From Candidatus Bathyarchaeota archaeon (GTDB lineage: Archaea > Thermoproteota > Bathyarchaeia > Bathyarchaeales > Bathycorpusculaceae): a DNA stretch of 64,000 nucleotides. A program made the position numbers and the translations under genes. The notes under the pieces are model-generated. The model was given only the letters and a program-made list of their open reading frames with translations, did not search any database and was not told the DNA's origin. How positions within the stretch are numbered: position 1 is the stretch's first letter; each line of letters opens with the position of its first letter. This document shows, piece by piece, positions 59,355-64,000 of this stretch. The DNA is taken from assembly GCA_963826715.1 (NCBI GenBank), contig CAWGYA010000002.1, positions 192,001 through 256,000 of the forward strand. The letters are read 5' to 3'.

Positions 59355-61766
59355 GTGATACAAGCTAATCTGAGGATGTTATCCTTGAAGCGCTATTCCC
59401 CCTATTCAAGAGTTACAAGAAATATTACTGCAATTTTGTTTATTGTTTTGATTATATTCGTTTTTATTTCATCTTCAACAGCTGCTTCTAACCCACCTCA
59501 AATCGAATGGAGAAAAACCTACAAAGGGGTGCAAGTTAATTCTGTTATCCAGACTTCAGATGGAGGTTACGCTATCGCAGGTACCCCTTGGTCACCTGAC
59601 GGAGTCACAATGATAAAGATGGATTCGTCTGGAAATGAGCAATGGGGGAAGGCACTTGGAGATGCTGTATCTTTGGTTCAAACCGGCGATTCTGGTTACG
59701 TCTTATTCTGCAAAAACGGTGATGTAGTAAAAACCGATGCAGAAGGAAATATCCTTTCAGATTTTTCCCTTGGATCAAATGGAGGAACCAAACAAGGAAT
59801 CATAGCTGATGATGAAACCTACATTGTCGTCGGTAACAGCATCAGGGAAGGTCAAGAGAATTATGTCTGGCTGCGCAAAGTTGATGCTCAAGGCAACATG
59901 CTTTGGGATTTGAACTTCACTGGTGGTTTTCAGGTTTCTGCGGTTGTAAACACTGTCGACCGCGGCTGCGCAGTGGCAGGTAACTGGAAAAATAATTTTT
60001 GGCTAGCCCGTCTTGATTCAAACGGCAATCAGCAGTGGAGCCAAAACTACGTCTATGGTGATCCTTTAGATCCGCATTTTGTTTACTCCTTAGCTAAGAC
60101 TAAGGATGGCGGATTTATCCTTGCAGGGACAGGAATGTGGCAATCAAGTCATGGCATGATTCCTTGGCTGATTAAAATTAATGCCCAAGGGTATGAACAA
60201 TGGAACCTGCCCTATGGTCAATATCCTGGTGATAGTTTTGGCGCGATTGTGCAAACTGCTAACGAGGGCTACTTAATTACTAAGCCAGGAACTGGAGCTA
60301 TTATGGGGGCAGATTCCTCTGGAAGTGAACTCTGGCAAGAACAACTAGGGACTTCAGCAATAATATCTCCATCTGGTTACCCCGAATCATCCTTAATCTC
60401 CACAAAGGATGGCGGATATGTAATTGCTGGAGCAACTTCGGGAAGCTCCTTCATGATCAAATTTTCTCCAGAAGAAGACATTAAGACAACAACCGTTAAA
60501 ATCACCAGTCCACAAAACAAAACATATGAAGTAAGTGATGTCCCATTGACGTTTACTGTGAATGATCAAACTTCCTTTCTTAGCTACAACCTCGATGACC
60601 TGCAACCTTTGATGATCACCGGAAATACAACTCTAACTCGATTAACTGTCGGAACTCACAACCTCACAGTTTACTCCCGGGATTCAACAGGGATGGTCAA
60701 AACTTCAGAAACAATTCTTTTCACGGTAGGAACTCGTTTCCCAAGTGAAATAGTAATAATCGGTGCCACTATCGCAGTAGGTACTATCGTCAGTTTTCTG
60801 ATTTATATAAAAAGGCGAAGTTTCTCTGATTACAGGAAAAATAATTTAAAGAGTTTCATTAAGAAACAAAATTTTGGTGCAATAACACAAAACAGGATTG
60901 TATGGACCTTAATGATAATAGGGTTGTGCTTCCTCTTGGTTTTTGTTCAGTTTTTCTTTCCCTACGTCTTCTATTCAACTTCCTCGAGAAACTCAAACTC
61001 ATCCTTTGAAGTGGGTGTTAGTTATGTCTATGAGCGAGACAATGTGGAGCAAATCTACAATGAAGTCTCACGCATCAAAGACTTAGGCTTTAAAGTGATT
61101 CGCGTTAATCTCATCTGTGATTCAAATATTGCTAATTCTTATTTGAACACTCTCTCGGATGTATTCTTCAGCGCTATTAGACAACTGGGTATAAAAGTTG
61201 CCCTGATAATCAACGAGCATAGCAGTGCCAGTGACGTAAATTACTATCTTGATAGGTGGGGTAAAGAATTAGCTTATATTCAAATCCTCAATGAACCCGA
61301 TGTTGCATCGTCATGGGAAATTGGCGCCTTATTCACAGATGATGAAGCAGGTTCAAAGTTCGAGGAATTTTACAACATAGTTGAGATGCATCAGCTTCCT
61401 GCGCAGTGCTACACTAATTTTTCCCCAGCCTTCATTGTTCGAAGTAATCTTCCAATCCAATTTAGTGAAAAGTTAGACTTCGTGGGTTTTGATGTTTTCA
61501 TGGATTCATTCCTGACTCTTTCACCTAACATGATACAGTTTCTTCAAAAAATAACGAATAAAGATGTGGTTATTGCTGAGTTTGGTATGTCAACAAACAA
61601 CGAGATGGCTCAGAGCGATTATATAATTAAAGGGCTAAATCTTTTCAAGAACATGGAACTTAAAGGCTGCTGGTTAGTTTACTGGAATAGCGCCGACAAT
61701 GATTATGGAATACGCGGTAGATTAGCGGAACAGAGGATAGGTGAATGGATTGCTCAAAATGCTTAA
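59355..61766 (+). CDS. Multidomain surface protein: beta-propeller-like repeats, Ig-like domain, two TM helices, clan-A glycoside hydrolase-like TIM barrel
   Basis: Repeated (Q/K)T.DGGY..AG and K.D..GN..W; ITSPQNKTY Ig start; ILNEPD and IAEFG catalytic-like motifs. Confidence 0.75.
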   Translation: MIQANLRMLSLKRYSPYSRVTRNITAILFIVLIIFVFISSSTAASNPPQIEWRKTYKGVQVNSVIQTSDGGYAIAGTPWSPDGVTMIKMDSSGNEQWGKALGDAVSLVQTGDSGYVLFCKNGDVVKTDAEGNILSDFSLGSNGGTKQGIIADDETYIVVGNSIREGQENYVWLRKVDAQGNMLWDLNFTGGFQVSAVVNTVDRGCAVAGNWKNNFWLARLDSNGNQQWSQNYVYGDPLDPHFVYSLAKTKDGGFILAGTGMWQSSHGMIPWLIKINAQGYEQWNLPYGQYPGDSFGAIVQTANEGYLITKPGTGAIMGADSSGSELWQEQLGTSAIISPSGYPESSLISTKDGGYVIAGATSGSSFMIKFSPEEDIKTTTVKITSPQNKTYEVSDVPLTFTVNDQTSFLSYNLDDLQPLMITGNTTLTRLTVGTHNLTVYSRDSTGMVKTSETILFTVGTRFPSEIVIIGATIAVGTIVSFLIYIKRRSFSDYRKNNLKSFIKKQNFGAITQNRIVWTLMIIGLCFLLVFVQFFFPYVFYSTSSRNSNSSFEVGVSYVYERDNVEQIYNEVSRIKDLGFKVIRVNLICDSNIANSYLNTLSDVFFSAIRQLGIKVALIINEHSSASDVNYYLDRWGKELAYIQILNEPDVASSWEIGALFTDDEAGSKFEEFYNIVEMHQLPAQCYTNFSPAFIVRSNLPIQFSEKLDFVGFDVFMDSFLTLSPNMIQFLQKITNKDVVIAEFGMSTNNEMAQSDYIIKGLNLFKNMELKGCWLVYWNSADNDYGIRGRLAEQRIGEWIAQNA

Positions 61767-62193
61767 ACTTTCTAAACAAATCTTCATCCATGGCTTATTA
61801 ATAATAATTTCTTTAGTTATCATTCAACTGTTGCTGGATGCTTACCAAAACCTGTTTCTGCTTTATATGCCGCCCATAGGGTTTGCTTTATTTCTAGTAA
61901 CAATGTTTGCAATCCAACCCATAATTCTTGGAGTATTGAATATAGTCGTTCTTCACCGCTTATACAAGTGTGAAGGATGGCAGATGGGCTTCTGGCTGAA
62001 CGGGTTCTTCCTATTAATAGTCTTCTCCACAATAAATCTCCTGATACAAACTATAGCAGGCGTGTCGTTTTCAATAGCTGTTGGGATGATTGAAGTCCTT
62101 TTACTTGCCTATCCCTTTGGTTACATAGGAAAATTCAGCAACCGTGGCTGCGAGAACAGAAACCCACAACAAACACCACCAAATATTACATAA
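61759..62193 (+). CDS. Four-TM hypothetical membrane protein
   Basis: Hydrophobic; overlaps the preceding gene. Confidence 0.7.
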   Translation: MLKLSKQIFIHGLLIIISLVIIQLLLDAYQNLFLLYMPPIGFALFLVTMFAIQPIILGVLNIVVLHRLYKCEGWQMGFWLNGFFLLIVFSTINLLIQTIAGVSFSIAVGMIEVLLLAYPFGYIGKFSNRGCENRNPQQTPPNIT

Positions 62194-62282
62194 CTTGTTT
62201 CCAAAACCTCGGAGCGAAAACGAATTACACATCTTTTATATTTTTAGTACTGACTAAGATTAGGATAAGTGATAAAAAATCT

Positions 62283-63308
62283 ATGACCGTTCATCTTTTA
62301 CCTTGGGACAGTAGCCTCAACCTACTAACTGAAGCAAATCGACTCTACGACGAAGCAGCAACATTTAGCAGCATCCAAAAAGGTGACTTAGTCGCCGTTA
62401 AATTACATGTGGGTGAATTAGGCAACCCCTACTATGTTCAACCATTCTTTATCCACGACATAATCCGCCGCATAAAGGAAGCAGGCGGCAAACCCTTCCT
62501 AACCGATTCCAACACGTATTATATGGCACAACGCCATAACGCGGTTGACCATATGCAGACTGCTTTGATGAACGGATTCAACTTACCGCCTTTCATCGTA
62601 GCAGATGGGCTTAAAAGCGAAAACTATCGATCCGTAAAAACCCGCGGTATCTTAGGGGAAATTGAGGTTTCAGGCGCCATTGCAGAAGCTGATGCAATGA
62701 TTGTTGTCTCTCACTGCAAGGGTCACGAATTAAATGGATTTGGCGGTGCCATTAAAAATTTGGGGATGGGCTGCACACCCCACGCGGGTAAGCTGCGACA
62801 GCATCGAGTTGTTAGTTTGGAAATAGACACTTCCAAGTGTGTGGGTTGTGGCAAGTGTAAAGAAGTCTGCGAATTTCATCTGCCAGACATCATCGAGGGC
62901 AAAGCCCACAACAACTCGGAGAAATGCATGCGTTGCCCCATGTGTATCGAAAGCTGCCCAATGAATGCCATTCATTACATAGATAAACAGAACCTTAGCA
63001 GGGCTCTTGCATCAGCTGCTTACGGGGTGCTTTCCACCTTCAATCCCAAAAAAGTCTCCTACGTGAGCTTCGCCAAAAACATCACTGAAGGATGCGATTG
63101 TCTACCCAACCCCGGACCGGTTGTGCAAAAAGACGTCGGGATATTTGCTTCAGATTCAGCAGTTTCCATCGACGCCGCTTTTCTGCGTTCGGTGGATATG
63201 AAAGTGTTTAACAACGCATCTCAGGTAGACTGCATGATACAGATTTCCGAGGCAAAAGCGCTGGGTTTAATGGGTGAGTTAGCACCCAAAGTCGAAATGA
63301 TCATGTAA
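62283..63308 (+). CDS. DUF362 Fe-S protein with ferredoxin domain
   Basis: VKLHVGE.GN, SH.KGH...FGGAIKNLGMGC, two CxxCxxC motifs, CDC. Confidence 0.9.
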   Translation: MTVHLLPWDSSLNLLTEANRLYDEAATFSSIQKGDLVAVKLHVGELGNPYYVQPFFIHDIIRRIKEAGGKPFLTDSNTYYMAQRHNAVDHMQTALMNGFNLPPFIVADGLKSENYRSVKTRGILGEIEVSGAIAEADAMIVVSHCKGHELNGFGGAIKNLGMGCTPHAGKLRQHRVVSLEIDTSKCVGCGKCKEVCEFHLPDIIEGKAHNNSEKCMRCPMCIESCPMNAIHYIDKQNLSRALASAAYGVLSTFNPKKVSYVSFAKNITEGCDCLPNPGPVVQKDVGIFASDSAVSIDAAFLRSVDMKVFNNASQVDCMIQISEAKALGLMGELAPKVEMIM

Positions 63309-63987
63309 GATATTTTGTTACTGACTGCACCTTCTTTCTTTTGTTTCGTCTTCTTATGAAGTACCAAGCGAGCACTGCCGCCGCAACCACCACAACAGCT
63401 ATGACGATGTAATGAGAGAAAGCTGCCACTTCACGCCATTTGCCACCCAAATAGAATCCAATGTAGATAAGCAAACTATTCCAGAGCAGACAACCCACAA
63501 GGGTATAGCCCAAAAATTTGGCAAGAGGCATTTTGACGGCGCCTGCTGGAAAAGAAATCAATGTACGCACTGCAGGGATTAGCCGCCCTACAAAAACCAT
63601 AACAGCACCATATTTTGAGAAGTAATTGGCGGCTACTTTGAGTTGACTCTCAGAGAAAACTGTTCGACCTAACAAACGGTATTTGGTGAGAGCTTCTACA
63701 CCCTTTAAACCTATGAAATAATCGATTAAAGAACCAAGCATAGCCGCAACAGTCGCAACTAATAATGTGATTGCAAAGTCCATGTGTCCTGTGGAGACAA
63801 GGTACCCTGCAAAAGGCAAGATGATTTCGCTGGGTATAGGTAGAGAGCTTGCTTCAAGCAGCATCAGAGAAAAGACGCCGGCGTAACCCCAAGAAGCCAC
63901 AGTTTGCGTTAAGGATACACCACCGACTGGGTTTGAGGAATCAGCCAAAATCTCAAGCAAAACGTATGTGATTAGGATTATGCCCAT
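63301..63987 (-). CDS. DedA family membrane protein (start may lie beyond window)
   Basis: LPIPSEIILPFAG, GRLIP.VRTLISFPAG. Confidence 0.92.
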   Translation of the reverse strand: MGIILITYVLLEILADSSNPVGGVSLTQTVASWGYAGVFSLMLLEASSLPIPSEIILPFAGYLVSTGHMDFAITLLVATVAAMLGSLIDYFIGLKGVEALTKYRLLGRTVFSESQLKVAANYFSKYGAVMVFVGRLIPAVRTLISFPAGAVKMPLAKFLGYTLVGCLLWNSLLIYIGFYLGGKWREVAAFSHYIVIAVVVVAAAVLAWYFIRRRNKRKKVQSVTKYLT

Positions 63988-64000
63988 TGCTAAGACAAAT

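Overview
Archaeal chromosomal segment, probably Bathyarchaeia or another TACK lineage. This is inferred from gene content: a stand-alone 5S rRNA, a single-OB SSB, the DUF1512-map neighbourhood, a non-catalytic EndA subunit, an EF-2 paralog, AfpA and archaeal CitG. Most of the window is housekeeping (hisS, glnA, trpS, nadA, trm1, proC, map, mtnA, nikR, P-type ATPase). Main points of interest: (1) three clustered paralogous COG1665-like nucleotidyltransferases. (2) A ~6 kb integrated plasmid-like element (~3.7-9.6 kb) between them and citG. It encodes a Zn-ribbon tyrosine integrase with an R-to-D change at the first catalytic Arg, a primase-polymerase/SF3 helicase, a chain of tiny coupled ORFs the ORF track missed, and a non-canonical Doc/Fic gene overlapped by a 35-aa candidate antitoxin. 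(3) A CbiM-CbiN-CbiQ triple fusion whose metal-binding N-terminus can only be made from an ACG start codon. (4) An EF-2 paralog with switch-I RQMT. (5) An archaeal DCD-domain-like protein. (6) A membrane-anchored Mrr-like protein. (7) Two hidden pseudogenes (Tam-like methyltransferase, CsoR/RcnR repressor). (8) A shared 24-bp palindrome upstream of two unlinked unknown genes. All family calls come from reading motifs; no database searches were run.
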